Counted from the stretch's first letter, positions 1-9,447 are shown. The stretch is DNA of 40,802 bases from Candidatus Methanophagales archaeon (GCA_030612835.1 JAUWND010000003.1:1-40802); one strand, 5' to 3'. Notes: a model not told the origin generated them from the sequence alone. Program-made: numbers and translations.

Positions 1-492
1 GAATTATTAGCCGGACCCGGGTGTGACTGTCATAGGGTAAATACAACTGGTGTTGCTGTAGGTGGTTACGGCGGTAAAGCACCTGAGCCTGGTACCACAT
101 CTCACGCTGCGGAAACCATAGCCTGTATGATCTGTCATGAAGAGGGCACAGCGTATCCTTTCGCAGGTGGATTCAGTCAGACCGCGGTTGAGAAGTCAGC
201 AGGTGGAAGCACTACGCCATACACTTACAGTAGTGGTGGCATAGGTGGAGAGCATGCAGCTCACAATCAATTCATTGGACAAGCAATACACGACCCGTTG
301 ATGGAAGATTCGAACGAAGCGTGTATCGCATGCCACACAAGGGTCGGTGTGAACATCCAGTGGACGAAGAATACGATTATGAGCTTCGGGGCAGGTGAGG
401 ACGATCTTGGAGTCTGGACGGTCAGCGATTTCGCAGCGACAGGCGATGATATAACGAACGTGTCTTCTCCAAACGAATGGACAAATCAGTAA
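1..492 (+). CDS. Secreted multiheme cytochrome c, 5'-truncated by the window edge (paralog 1)
   Basis: Frame 1 is open from base 1: ELLAGPGCDCHR...HAAETIACMICH...AAH...EACIACHT. It aligns motif by motif with the next two genes. The ORF-track ATG at 127 lies inside the CMICH motif, so it is not the start. Confidence 0.9.
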   Translation, partial: ELLAGPGCDCHRVNTTGVAVGGYGGKAPEPGTTSHAAETIACMICHEEGTAYPFAGGFSQTAVEKSAGGSTTPYTYSSGGIGGEHAAHNQFIGQAIHDPLMEDSNEACIACHTRVGVNIQWTKNTIMSFGAGEDDLGVWTVSDFAATGDDITNVSSPNEWTNQ

Positions 493-504
493 ACCACAAC
501 CAAC

Positions 505-527
505 ATTTTTTTCTTTTTTATTTTTGG
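505..527 (+). terminator. Oligo-T tract, putative archaeal terminator
   Basis: T-rich run directly after the stop at 492. Confidence 0.4.
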
Positions 528-556
528 TATTGTGGGCAAAGTAGGGGGGCAAAGAT

Positions 557-1306
557 ATGAAGGGTAAAGGGATAGCATTACTGGCGATTGCGGTAGTCGC
601 AATCGGTATATTCGCACTGCCGAGTTCGGTTTCGCTCTTCAGCGGGCAGCATACGTGGTATGACGTTGGTGAATCTGTTGGTGGCACACCGGGGGCAAAT
701 AACGTGCCTTGTGAAAAGTGCCATGCTGAAATAGAGGAAGAGATGCTTAGTGACGATAACGGCGCACATGAGGGTTTGACCTGTTCTATGTGTCACAGGG
801 CTTACTTTACCGGTTATACATATGCCCTAGGCGGCTACAGCGTAGGTGCGACCGTGAAAGATCCAATACCTGGCCAAGAGGCGCATGCTGCATCCACGGT
901 CGAGTGCATGGATTGTCATGGCGCTTATGATCCAACGTCGTCTCACACGCAATACCCGGAATATGCCGGAAAGTGTGGGGATTGCCATCTTAATGGTAAT
1001 TATGGTGCGGAGTGCCTCGCAGCAGGCGGTTTTGGTTTGACACCTTATGTATCTGATACAGGCACAAAGGCGGCGCACAAGGTCTTCGTGGACGATTCGA
1101 TAAGCGAAACGCTGATGGAAGGTGCGAATGAAGCTTGTATCTCGTGCCACACGAGAATCGGTATGGACATCGAATGGACGAAGAGAGAGAATCTGAACTT
1201 CAATGCAAGTGAGAACCAGCATGGTACGTGGACGCTCAGCAACTTTGGGGCATCTGGTGATAACATGACACATGTGCGTACGCAGAATGCATGGACTAAC
1301 CCATAG
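557..1306 (+). CDS. Secreted pentahaem cytochrome c (paralog 2)
   Basis: Hydrophobic signal peptide followed by LPSSVSLFSGQHTWYD. Five CxxCH motifs: CEKCH, CSMCH, CMDCH, CGDCH, CISCH. Confidence 0.93.
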   Translation: MKGKGIALLAIAVVAIGIFALPSSVSLFSGQHTWYDVGESVGGTPGANNVPCEKCHAEIEEEMLSDDNGAHEGLTCSMCHRAYFTGYTYALGGYSVGATVKDPIPGQEAHAASTVECMDCHGAYDPTSSHTQYPEYAGKCGDCHLNGNYGAECLAAGGFGLTPYVSDTGTKAAHKVFVDDSISETLMEGANEACISCHTRIGMDIEWTKRENLNFNASENQHGTWTLSNFGASGDNMTHVRTQNAWTNP

Positions 1307-1427
1307 TAATTTATTTTATTTTATTTTGTTTTATATTATATTATATTATGTTATATTGCCCCAATCTTTTTTTTAAAAAAAATTGATCAAAATAAAACGG
1401 GCTAGATCTCCAAAAAGGTAAGAAGAA

Positions 1428-2189
1428 ATGAGTGGAAGTAAAATGGCTCTGATGCTGATAGCAGTAGTTGCAATAGGTATCTTCGCTCTTCCGAGCACGA
1501 TGTCCATATTGGGTGGACAGCATACCTGGTATGACATTGCAAGAGACGGTGTACCGTGTGTGAAGTGTCATGCCGACAAATATGAGGAGTTTTCTATGAC
1601 TGAGGTTCACTCGTCACTTGCAGGTAGACGTAGAGACTTGAGTTATGTTTGTTATGCGTGTCATAGGGCAGATCTGGATCTAACATATGCAGACGGAGGC
1701 GGCGGCGGTCCTCCCGGTGTACAGACACATGCTGCCTCTACAATTGCGTGTATGGCGTGTCATGAGTACGATGCACATGTACGCGACAATAATCAAGGAC
1801 CTTTTGCCGGTGGATTTGAGCAGCCCAGTGGCTCGCCGTTTAACTATGGTAGCGTAGGGGCTCCGCATCATGCAGCACATAACGCATACGTTCAGGGTGC
1901 GGTATATAGTGATTTGATGGAAGATTCAAACGAGGCATGCATTGCATGTCACACCGCCATTCCAATGGAAATAGACTGGAGGCTCGGGTACGCGATGCAC
2001 TCGCAATCGGTCGCTGACAGTTTAGGCGATTGGACAGTTGGACAGTTCAAGGCAGCAGGCACTTATGCTATAACTACATACAGTGATGGGTACGGCGATG
2101 ATCCAAGCACTACCGAGCCGTATATAGACCCTGATGTAACACCGTCCGTACCAGGGGGTAGTGGTGAGGATTGGTTGCTGCCACCGTGA
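1428..2189 (+). CDS. Secreted tetrahaem cytochrome c (paralog 3) with acidic Pro-rich C-terminal extension
   Basis: Signal peptide followed by LPSTMSILGGQHTWYD. Motifs CVKCH, CYACH, CMACH, CIACH. Confidence 0.93.
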   Translation: MSGSKMALMLIAVVAIGIFALPSTMSILGGQHTWYDIARDGVPCVKCHADKYEEFSMTEVHSSLAGRRRDLSYVCYACHRADLDLTYADGGGGGPPGVQTHAASTIACMACHEYDAHVRDNNQGPFAGGFEQPSGSPFNYGSVGAPHHAAHNAYVQGAVYSDLMEDSNEACIACHTAIPMEIDWRLGYAMHSQSVADSLGDWTVGQFKAAGTYAITTYSDGYGDDPSTTEPYIDPDVTPSVPGGSGEDWLLPP

Positions 2190-2301
2190 AGCCAATCCTG
2201 ATTCCGGAGCCTGAGGGGTTGTGGCGGGCCATCTAAGAACAAAACAAAACAAAAAATATTTATAAATGTAATACAATAGATAAATTAAGAAAGAGGAAAC
2301 A

Positions 2302-3063
2302 ATGGAACCATTTATAGAAGCGGTGATAACAGTTATTGCGGTTAGCGCATTCATAGCAGGGATTTTTTACGTTTTTTATTTGGCTGCGGTAAAGGGATCC
2401 GAATCGCCACTACGTTTGTATAACCGTTTTAAGAACGGCTACCGCGAGCATTCGCGTAATAAAAAGGTGAAAGAAAAGATGACCGAATACAAGACCTTTT
2501 CGGGCGTTGGAGCCCCCTCTTTTTTGCGATCTGCGCTACCATTCTGCGTGTTTATCGCTGTTATACTCATTCTTCTATTCAAGCTTGTCTTTCTCACTGC
2601 TATTGTCTCGAATAGCATGCAACCCACGTTCAAAAAGGGGGACCTTGTGCTCATGCAAAAAATAGCCACCGCGCCGGAAGAAGGTGACATAATCATGTTT
2701 ATGCACAAGGATATTATGCTCCCCGTTACGCATAGGGTTATCGCCGTAACTGATGAAGGAACAAAGACGGGGGGGGACGCGAGAGGGGTAACAGATCCCT
2801 GGATTGTGCAAAACGAAGCGATCATAGCTAAAGCAGTGCAGATGGGTGGCGGACCCATAGTACTGGAAGACGTTGGCAATTATTTCATTCTGGAGACAAG
2901 CAAAATGGGCTATGACCCCAAATATGGCTCGGAATATGCGTTTATGAGGAATATCTTTTCAATGCTGCGCTTGTATGGGTATATAGTGTGCGTTATTGCA
3001 GTCATGGGCTACGTGTTACTGTCTTTAAGTGAGAGGAAGAGGAGGGGAAATGTACAACTATAA
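2302..3063 (+). CDS. Signal peptidase I, S26 family (archaeal Sec11/SipW-like Ser-His type)
   Basis: Motifs IVSNSMQPTFKKGDLV (catalytic Ser), THRVI (His) and KTGGD, with flanking TM segments. Confidence 0.88.
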   Translation: MEPFIEAVITVIAVSAFIAGIFYVFYLAAVKGSESPLRLYNRFKNGYREHSRNKKVKEKMTEYKTFSGVGAPSFLRSALPFCVFIAVILILLFKLVFLTAIVSNSMQPTFKKGDLVLMQKIATAPEEGDIIMFMHKDIMLPVTHRVIAVTDEGTKTGGDARGVTDPWIVQNEAIIAKAVQMGGGPIVLEDVGNYFILETSKMGYDPKYGSEYAFMRNIFSMLRLYGYIVCVIAVMGYVLLSLSERKRRGNVQL

Positions 3064-3376
3064 GCGGATGCTTCTGTTTATTGGTCTCGTAGCCGCAATT
3101 ATCGCTGCCATGCCGAACACAATATCCTTGTTCGGTGGGGATCATACAATCCCACGTGAGGTCGCTTGTGAACGGTGTCATGAACCGCCCGAAGTGGGGT
3201 TATCAACTTTGGGCGGGTATCGGGGTGATGAATCCTGTGCTACCTGTCATCACTGTAATCTAGCCAATTACACAGCGATAAGAGAAAATGGCACGGGTGC
3301 ATGTACAGAATGCCATGAAATTGGCCTTGGGTGTCCACGTGTAGGGCGATTTACAAAAAATATACAAAATGACTGA
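3050..3376 (+). CDS. Small secreted trihaem cytochrome c
   Basis: ATG at 3050 follows a GAGGAGG-type RBS. Signal peptide followed by MPNTISLFGGDHT. Motifs CERCH, CATCH, CTECH. Overlaps both neighbours. Confidence 0.85.
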   Translation: MYNYKRMLLFIGLVAAIIAAMPNTISLFGGDHTIPREVACERCHEPPEVGLSTLGGYRGDESCATCHHCNLANYTAIRENGTGACTECHEIGLGCPRVGRFTKNIQND

Positions 3377-4184
3377 TGATATGCCACTAACCAGGATCAC
3401 AATGTCGATCGCGGAAAAAGTAGGCTTGGGTATTACAATAATCATAGCAATAATTCTAATTGGCTATGCCATTTTCTCTTTGCTAATAGACCTATTAATT
3501 TTGAATTTCGATTGGTTCGCCATTGCGATCGATTTATTATCGCTCGCTATTGGGATCGCACTTGGCTATTTCTCCATTCGTATATATAAGAAATCGGTAT
3601 ATTACGAGGGATTGGTGAATTCCGCGTTTGACGAGGGTGTATATGCGCGATTGGAACCGATACTGAGAAAAGTCGCGGAGACGCACGTTGAAATGGAAAG
3701 TTTAGGAAGTCGCTTAAATGTAATTGATCGTAAAGTTCAAACAGTCATAGACGAGCAGGTGAAATCGGAACCGCAAATAGAACTAGAAAAGGCGATTGCT
3801 CCTGGAACATCTATGGGTTTTATAATAAAAACCATCTTCTTAGCCATAATCACGATGTCCGGTTTTCTGTTCATGATATATACCTCAATTAGATATGCGC
3901 ATTTTGCTACACTTCTCTTTTTTATACTCTGGTGGTTGCTCATATCTTATGAATTTAAACTCGTTAATAACGCTACTGCATGGGTGATGGTCTTTGCCCC
4001 AATTCTTCTTATTCCCGTTAGCTTTATGGTACTTGGTACGCACGTTGACCCAAACAATCTGGTCGCTCTTTTTTATCTCGTCCTCGCATTATATGTGTTC
4101 TTATACTTCTGTTGGGCGGTATATGAGACAAAAGGGACGCTGCCTTTTAACCTCGACCTTAATAAATATTTAAAGCAGAAGTGA
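3369..4184 (+). CDS. Uncharacterised polytopic membrane protein (2 TM, coiled-coil loop, about 4 TM)
   Basis: 271-aa ORF with clear hydrophobic segments. Its start overlaps the stop of the upstream cytochrome. Confidence 0.8.
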   Translation: MTDDMPLTRITMSIAEKVGLGITIIIAIILIGYAIFSLLIDLLILNFDWFAIAIDLLSLAIGIALGYFSIRIYKKSVYYEGLVNSAFDEGVYARLEPILRKVAETHVEMESLGSRLNVIDRKVQTVIDEQVKSEPQIELEKAIAPGTSMGFIIKTIFLAIITMSGFLFMIYTSIRYAHFATLLFFILWWLLISYEFKLVNNATAWVMVFAPILLIPVSFMVLGTHVDPNNLVALFYLVLALYVFLYFCWAVYETKGTLPFNLDLNKYLKQK

Positions 4185-4236
4185 AAAACCGAAAAGTTTT
4201 TAAATAGATGTGTCACTATACAGATATAACGGAAAA

Positions 4237-4767
4237 ATGAACAAAAAATTAGTTTGTGCTGTTATAGCTATGGTAGCGGTAATAGGTGTAATAGCCGGCT
4301 GTGCTGAGGGACCAGCGTCGGAAGAGGCCACGCCTGCGCCGACTGTGGCACCAACCGCACCGCCGACTGTGGCACCAACCGCACCGCCGGGTATGGTAAT
4401 GGCGACAAGTTGTGAGATGTGCCATAAGATCGAATCGACAGCCAAGTTGGCTAAACATGTAAAGGGCGGGCAATTGGTCAATGGTAAACCAGGCTGTTTC
4501 GGCTACTGGGGCTGTCATGGCATGGGTAATGCTACCGTACATACGGTCCATCCACCAGGAGAAGTTGGATGCGCAGCATGTCATGGCACAGAGACACCTA
4601 CGATTCCACCGAAAGGTGCAGGCGGGACAACATGTGAGCTATGCCACGGATATCCAAAGCCATTAGAGCCAAGCGAAGGAAACCTCGTCTGGATACACCA
4701 GGATAGGGGCAAGGACTGCACAGTTTGTCATATCGGTGAGATCTCAGAGATACATGGGCTGGAATAA
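4237..4767 (+). CDS. Lipoprotein multiheme cytochrome c with Pro/Thr/Ala linker
   Basis: MNKK, hydrophobic core and lipobox IAGC. Motifs CEMCH, CAACH, CELCH, CTVCH plus extended CFGYWGCH. Confidence 0.9.
   Translation: MNKKLVCAVIAMVAVIGVIAGCAEGPASEEATPAPTVAPTAPPTVAPTAPPGMVMATSCEMCHKIESTAKLAKHVKGGQLVNGKPGCFGYWGCHGMGNATVHTVHPPGEVGCAACHGTETPTIPPKGAGGTTCELCHGYPKPLEPSEGNLVWIHQDRGKDCTVCHIGEISEIHGLE
4338..4389 (+). repeat. Perfect 24-bp tandem duplication encoding (PTVAPTAP)x2
   Basis: GCCGACTGTGGCACCAACCGCACC occurs twice, followed by GCCG. Confidence 0.95.
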
Positions 4768-4797
4768 AACAGCCCTCTATTTTTTTTCTTTTCTAAC

Positions 4798-4969
4798 GGC
4801 ACTGTCGAATTTTTCAGTAAAATCACTATAAGACTCTTCAAGTTTTACCGCAGAGTGCGCAGAGAACGCAGAGGCATCAGAAACCCCAAGCAATGGTTGG
4901 AACAGTCTTAAAACTCTGCGCCCTCTACGATCTCTGCGTTGATAAATCACTGGATTTTTGGACTGTGCC
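4798..4969. mobile_element. MITE copy A with IS6-family-like terminal inverted repeats
   Basis: Begins GGCACTGTC and ends GACTGTGCC (one mismatch). It is the diverged reverse complement of 16441-16607. Flanks TTTCTAAC and CTTCTACT match at 5/8 positions. Confidence 0.8.
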
Positions 4970-4984
4970 CTTCTACTTATTTGA

Positions 4985-5050
4985 TTTAGGACGCAGATTT
5001 ACACGGATTTAATTCCTTCTGCGTTAATCTGTGTTAATCTGTGTCAATAA
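4985..5050. repeat. REP-like periodic palindrome, family 1 copy
   Basis: TTTAGGACGCAGATTTACACGGATTT...TCTGCGTTAATCTGTGTTAATCTGTGTCAATAA; near-identical to 20328-20403. Confidence 0.88.
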
Positions 5051-5085
5051 TTATTTTAGTTGGATTTTATGATTTCTTGTCGTTT

Positions 5086-5125
5086 CTAACTAACTAACTA
5101 ACTAACGTAACGTAAAGTAACTAAC
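5086..5125. repeat. Degenerate (CTAA)n/(GTAAC)n microsatellite between convergent genes
   Basis: ctaactaactaactaactaacgtaacgtaaagtaactaac. Confidence 0.75.
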
Positions 5126-5170
5126 GGTAGAAAAGGTCAAAAGGTTTAGAACGAAAGCGCATCAGTGCTA

Positions 5171-6268
5171 TTATGGATATGGCAATTGCTGCGATAAAAT
5201 AAAAGCGATACTATAGGCCAGGTAAGCGAGGGCTAGGGCACCACCTGCTTCCGGCATCTTCGGCGCTGAGAAAGAAGATGTGGTATTCTCTGTTTCTTCT
5301 TCTCCGTAACGGTTGTCAACGAAAAGTTGTTTTACCAAGTCCGTACCTGGGATACTAACTTTATATTGTCCTGGAATGTCCTTTGTTACCTGATAAAAAA
5401 GTGTCTTTGATTCCTTATAGTCTAAAGTGACCGATTCCTCAAATTCTATCTTATCATTTAATGCCAGAGCAATCTTTTCTGTTCCCCTCATCCCGTCATT
5501 CTTTACGGTTACAGATATTGAGACGGTTTCATTGGGCTTGACCGTAGATGGGCTCATACGGAAATCAGTTACCGTGAATTTCGATTTTGGAGATATTTTC
5601 TTTTCTAGCTCTTCCCTCTCTTCCATCTCTTCTTCGCGAGCCACGAAAAAATTGAGGTATGTTATTTCCATTAACGAATCCTCATATCTTTTTATTACAC
5701 CTAAGTCCTCCAAATCGTCTTCATTGCCATCACACACGTTATTAAAGAGATCTTCTACGTCTTCAAAATCATATTCTTTATTCTTCTTCTCTTTATCCCT
5801 CTTGCCTTCATCCAACAGCTTATTAAGAGTGCTTGGCACAATCACTTCTCGCTCCCATTCATTTATTCTCGCCTTGTTAAGACAGTTGTACGCAGCTATC
5901 TTGATTCTATATTTGCCATACCGCCACCATGAGGGGATATCTTTTGTGTACTCTACATATACCGTGTAATTGCAATCCCGGCGTCTCACATCCATACGGC
6001 TAAGTGACATTATGTCACCCATGGAATTCTCAATGATAAAAACGAAATCAACAAGTACAAAGTCCTTATGATTTACGCCACTCATTTCCGTGTACACCTT
6101 GAGTGTATCCCCATGTGTGAATGTATTATCCCTGGGCACGTAATCATACAAACCAATGACGTCGGAAACTATCGCCGCCTTCTCCGCGCTTGCAACATTG
6201 ACGGCGGAAAAGCCGGCTAACAGCAATAGCACCAAAATAGCTAATATGCTTCTTTTACATCCCCTCAT
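5171..6268 (-). CDS. Secreted/surface protein with CARDB/Ig-like domain; C-terminal anchor probably frameshifted (true stop 5121)
   Basis: Signal peptide ending VASA. CARDB-like segment VKPNETVSISVTVKNDG...PGQYKVSI. The hydrophobic tail continues in another frame to a stop at 5121. Confidence 0.8.
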   Translation of the reverse strand: MRGCKRSILAILVLLLLAGFSAVNVASAEKAAIVSDVIGLYDYVPRDNTFTHGDTLKVYTEMSGVNHKDFVLVDFVFIIENSMGDIMSLSRMDVRRRDCNYTVYVEYTKDIPSWWRYGKYRIKIAAYNCLNKARINEWEREVIVPSTLNKLLDEGKRDKEKKNKEYDFEDVEDLFNNVCDGNEDDLEDLGVIKRYEDSLMEITYLNFFVAREEEMEEREELEKKISPKSKFTVTDFRMSPSTVKPNETVSISVTVKNDGMRGTEKIALALNDKIEFEESVTLDYKESKTLFYQVTKDIPGQYKVSIPGTDLVKQLFVDNRYGEEETENTTSSFSAPKMPEAGGALALAYLAYSIAFILSQQLPYP

Positions 6269-6406
6269 TTCTTCGTCCTTATGCTATCCATTAACACACA
6301 TAAAATTTATGCCTTTCTGTTCTAATTAATAAAGAAAATACATTTTACTTCTAATAAAGCTATAATATAATAGAAAAGAATAGAATAGAAAAAGAAGAAC
6401 TAAAAG

Positions 6407-7060
6407 ATGAAAATATTCGCATTGCTAGTCGTGGTATTCATTGCAGCAGTTGTATTCACCGGTATGGGCGGAGGGGAAGAGGTAATTCCACCAAATCCCA
6501 GGGGATTCATAGGGAGTTGGCATCCCGCGCCCGAGTGCGGACAGTGTCACGTCTCGCTTCTCTCAAAAGAGGCGTTGCTTGCAAAGCTTGGGTCTTGCAA
6601 CTGTCATCGAGAGGCATATACTTCTGCGGGTGCGATAGACGGAGATAAGATAAGAAAGAACGCACATGGTAGCATGGTCTGTATTGATTGCCATGTAGGG
6701 AGCGGAATAGCAACCAGCGGAGGTGAACTCCCATGTGATGATCTCCATAGGCTTCATAGTCCTGTTGACTGTCAGGCATGCCATGATGAAGGGGCGAACA
6801 TTTTGATACCGGCAAGTGGAAATTGCAATCTCTGTCATCGCGGTGATGCGCATGCAATTCATGGTGATAATACGGGCAATTTATGCGTTTCCTGTCACGG
6901 CTCGTTTGGGATAGAATATAAGGAGAAGGGGTATATATTAATAGAAGGCGTCCCGATGGAGCAGGAATCAGAAGAAATGACTTATCCTACTATAACTAAC
7001 ATATTTAAAGCCGTTATAAACTTGATTATAAAAGGGTCAGAAGAAGGAGGTGCGCAATGA
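6407..7060 (+). CDS. Exported multiheme cytochrome c
   Basis: N-terminal signal/anchor. Motifs CGQCH, CIDCH, CQACH, CNLCH, CVSCH plus CNCH and CDDLH variants. Confidence 0.9.
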   Translation: MKIFALLVVVFIAAVVFTGMGGGEEVIPPNPRGFIGSWHPAPECGQCHVSLLSKEALLAKLGSCNCHREAYTSAGAIDGDKIRKNAHGSMVCIDCHVGSGIATSGGELPCDDLHRLHSPVDCQACHDEGANILIPASGNCNLCHRGDAHAIHGDNTGNLCVSCHGSFGIEYKEKGYILIEGVPMEQESEEMTYPTITNIFKAVINLIIKGSEEGGAQ

Positions 7061-7482
7061 AGAAGAGTATTGTTATTGTGGTTTTTGTAGTTATTCTAAT
7101 TCTCGTAGGTCTTCTTGCGATTTCGTTTCTCGCAAAAGAAGTACCAATTCTTAACGTTCAGGCTGAGGTGACGGTGACTGATGACAAGCCTGCAATAGAA
7201 ATCGTGCAGTTGGAACAAGAGTACGTGCATCCATTGCAGAGCCCACGGGGCGGTCCTGATACTGGTTTTCCGGGTGTCGATGCAGTTGCAATAATCAACA
7301 ATTCAAAAATGAGCTACTGGCCTGCAAAGGATTATCATGGTAATGGCACCTATGATTTGGTAATCGGCTTTCATCGGGATGCCCTACCGAAAGAGGGCGA
7401 CATGGTAAAGGTGGTTGTAAAGGTAGTGGATGTGCGGGGGCGTACCTTGGCAACAGATGTAGAAGTTATGTTATGGGAGTAA
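7057..7482 (+). CDS. Uncharacterised N-terminally anchored beta-rich protein, coupled to ccmF
   Basis: ATGA overlap with the upstream gene, GGAGG RBS, and a 3-nt gap to ccmF. Confidence 0.78.
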   Translation: MKKSIVIVVFVVILILVGLLAISFLAKEVPILNVQAEVTVTDDKPAIEIVQLEQEYVHPLQSPRGGPDTGFPGVDAVAIINNSKMSYWPAKDYHGNGTYDLVIGFHRDALPKEGDMVKVVVKVVDVRGRTLATDVEVMLWE

Positions 7483-7485
7483 AAA

Positions 7486-9447
7486 ATGGAAATAGCAGGA
7501 CTCCTCATATCTTTCGCTTTGATCTTCCCCTGGCTCGTGCTGTCAGCTTGCATCTTACTGGTTCTTGATTTTATCATGTTGTTAAAGGCGAAGGCAAAGG
7601 GGAAGAAGATTTCGGAACTCGCATTTATCGCCTTTTCCATTGCTTGCGTGATCGTGGCAGCCACATACATCATGCTCACTCAATCATTCGTGAGTGACAT
7701 CTTTTCGTTGAAAGAGGTTTATACGTATAGCTCATCCGGCTTGACCCTCCCGTATAAAGTGGGCGGCCCGTGGATAGGGAGCAGCGGGTCAATGCTATTT
7801 GTAACTTTCTTCTTAGTGCTCGTATATTTCGTGTTCAGGTTTAAAGGATTAGGAAAAGAAAGCGAGTCTCGCACCACCACATACAAAATACTGGACCTCT
7901 TCCTCATCTTCCTCCTTCTCGTCACCTTACTTCAGAGCCCTTTTGAGCGCCTACCCATAGTGCCCCCGGACGGTGCAGGGCTCAATCCACTGTTGCAAAC
8001 GTTTTGGGTGCTTGTGCATCCGCCCGTGATCTTTTTAGGATACGTATTTGTCTTCTTCGCTTTCGCACTGACGCTGGCGGGGATGATAACAGGCGAGAAG
8101 GAAGAACTAAGAGCGCCACTAAAATGTTCCCTGTATGCAGCCTGGCTGTTTTTGGCGCTTGGGATTGCGCTCGGCGGGTGGTGGTCATACGAAGTTCTCG
8201 GCTGGGGTGGCTACTGGGCTTGGGACCCGGTGGAGACGGCATCGTTACTGCCCTGGTTCGCTCTTACGGCATATTTCCACTTGCCGCCTAAGAGCAAAGA
8301 TCTGGCGAAAGAGTTCACGCTCATGGTTTCGTTTGTTATGATCATCTTCGCAACCGCACTTACTCGGGGCGGGTTATTGGAGTCGGTTCATGCGTTTGGA
8401 AAATCTCCTGTCGGACCCGTACTTCTGGGCTTCGGGTTTTGCGTTCTATTATTCTTCGTCTATCTTGCGGTAAGGGCGAAAAAACCGCTTTATACCTTTG
8501 ATATTGACTTTTCTTCGCTTCATTCTGTATCTATCTTAGTCGCTTACTGGTCGCTGATGTTTTTGTTGATTATATGCTTCTTCGGCGATGCCGCACCAAT
8601 AGTAGGTGGCATTTTCAGCGAGAAGACCATGAGCGCAACCGGTGTAGAATTTTATAACCGATGGTGCTTCCCATTTACGCTCGCTTTTGTAGCCGCTTTA
8701 TTGGGTTGCAACGTCGCCCTGAAATTAGAGCGATGTCTTATGCTAATCATAGCTGTACTGGGTATTGGGCTAGTTTTAGCATTGCTCGGTGGGCCAACGC
8801 CGAATCCACTGATGAATTTCGGACTCCCGCTTCTGCTAGTCGCGGGATTTGCTATCGCTTATAATTCCGCTAAGGTAATGCAAAAGCGGAATTCATTGCA
8901 TTTATGGGGCAAAACCCTTATTCATCTCGCAGTCATCATAATACTATTAGGTGTTTTTTTCAGTGCAGTTGATGCTGCTAAGAACCCAAGAAGCTTTGTC
9001 GCAACGCCAAATTCCACTAAAGATATTTTAGGGACACAAATAGAATTTGGGAATTTTACTATCTATACCGGCATGGGGCGCGTTTTCTATCCACAGCATG
9101 TTTTCGTAGGCCCGGAATACTCAGCGCTAAAAATGGATGTTACGATTAAAGAAGGCGGGGATGTTCATCACAGAGCTCTCTGGATGTATCACTATGCAAA
9201 TCATGGGATCGTGTCTGAGCCTTTAATCATCTCCACTCTCGCGGGGGACATATATGCATCCATGCACCCCACCGCATCCAGCCATAATTCTTCCTTTTAT
9301 GCCATTATGGGCGTGGAAGTCCAGCCGGAAGATTTTGTCGTCAAGATAAAAAAGATCCCCCTGATATGGCTTCTCTGGTTCGGGATAGTTTTAATGGGAA
9401 TTGGGATGGTTGTACTGCTAGTCGGAGAACTAAAAAGTAAAAAATAA
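7486..9447 (+). CDS. ccmF: Cytochrome c biogenesis haem lyase CcmF/NrfE
   Basis: WWD motif WGGYWAWDPVETASL, plus GLNPLLQ...HPP and TRGG..SVHAF; many TM helices. Confidence 0.95.
   Translation: MEIAGLLISFALIFPWLVLSACILLVLDFIMLLKAKAKGKKISELAFIAFSIACVIVAATYIMLTQSFVSDIFSLKEVYTYSSSGLTLPYKVGGPWIGSSGSMLFVTFFLVLVYFVFRFKGLGKESESRTTTYKILDLFLIFLLLVTLLQSPFERLPIVPPDGAGLNPLLQTFWVLVHPPVIFLGYVFVFFAFALTLAGMITGEKEELRAPLKCSLYAAWLFLALGIALGGWWSYEVLGWGGYWAWDPVETASLLPWFALTAYFHLPPKSKDLAKEFTLMVSFVMIIFATALTRGGLLESVHAFGKSPVGPVLLGFGFCVLLFFVYLAVRAKKPLYTFDIDFSSLHSVSILVAYWSLMFLLIICFFGDAAPIVGGIFSEKTMSATGVEFYNRWCFPFTLAFVAALLGCNVALKLERCLMLIIAVLGIGLVLALLGGPTPNPLMNFGLPLLLVAGFAIAYNSAKVMQKRNSLHLWGKTLIHLAVIIILLGVFFSAVDAAKNPRSFVATPNSTKDILGTQIEFGNFTIYTGMGRVFYPQHVFVGPEYSALKMDVTIKEGGDVHHRALWMYHYANHGIVSEPLIISTLAGDIYASMHPTASSHNSSFYAIMGVEVQPEDFVVKIKKIPLIWLLWFGIVLMGIGMVVLLVGELKSKK

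Noticed and set aside
7057-7482. Gene before ccmF as CcmE
   Set aside because: No CxxxY or conserved HxxxY haem-chaperone motif in the expected C-terminal context.
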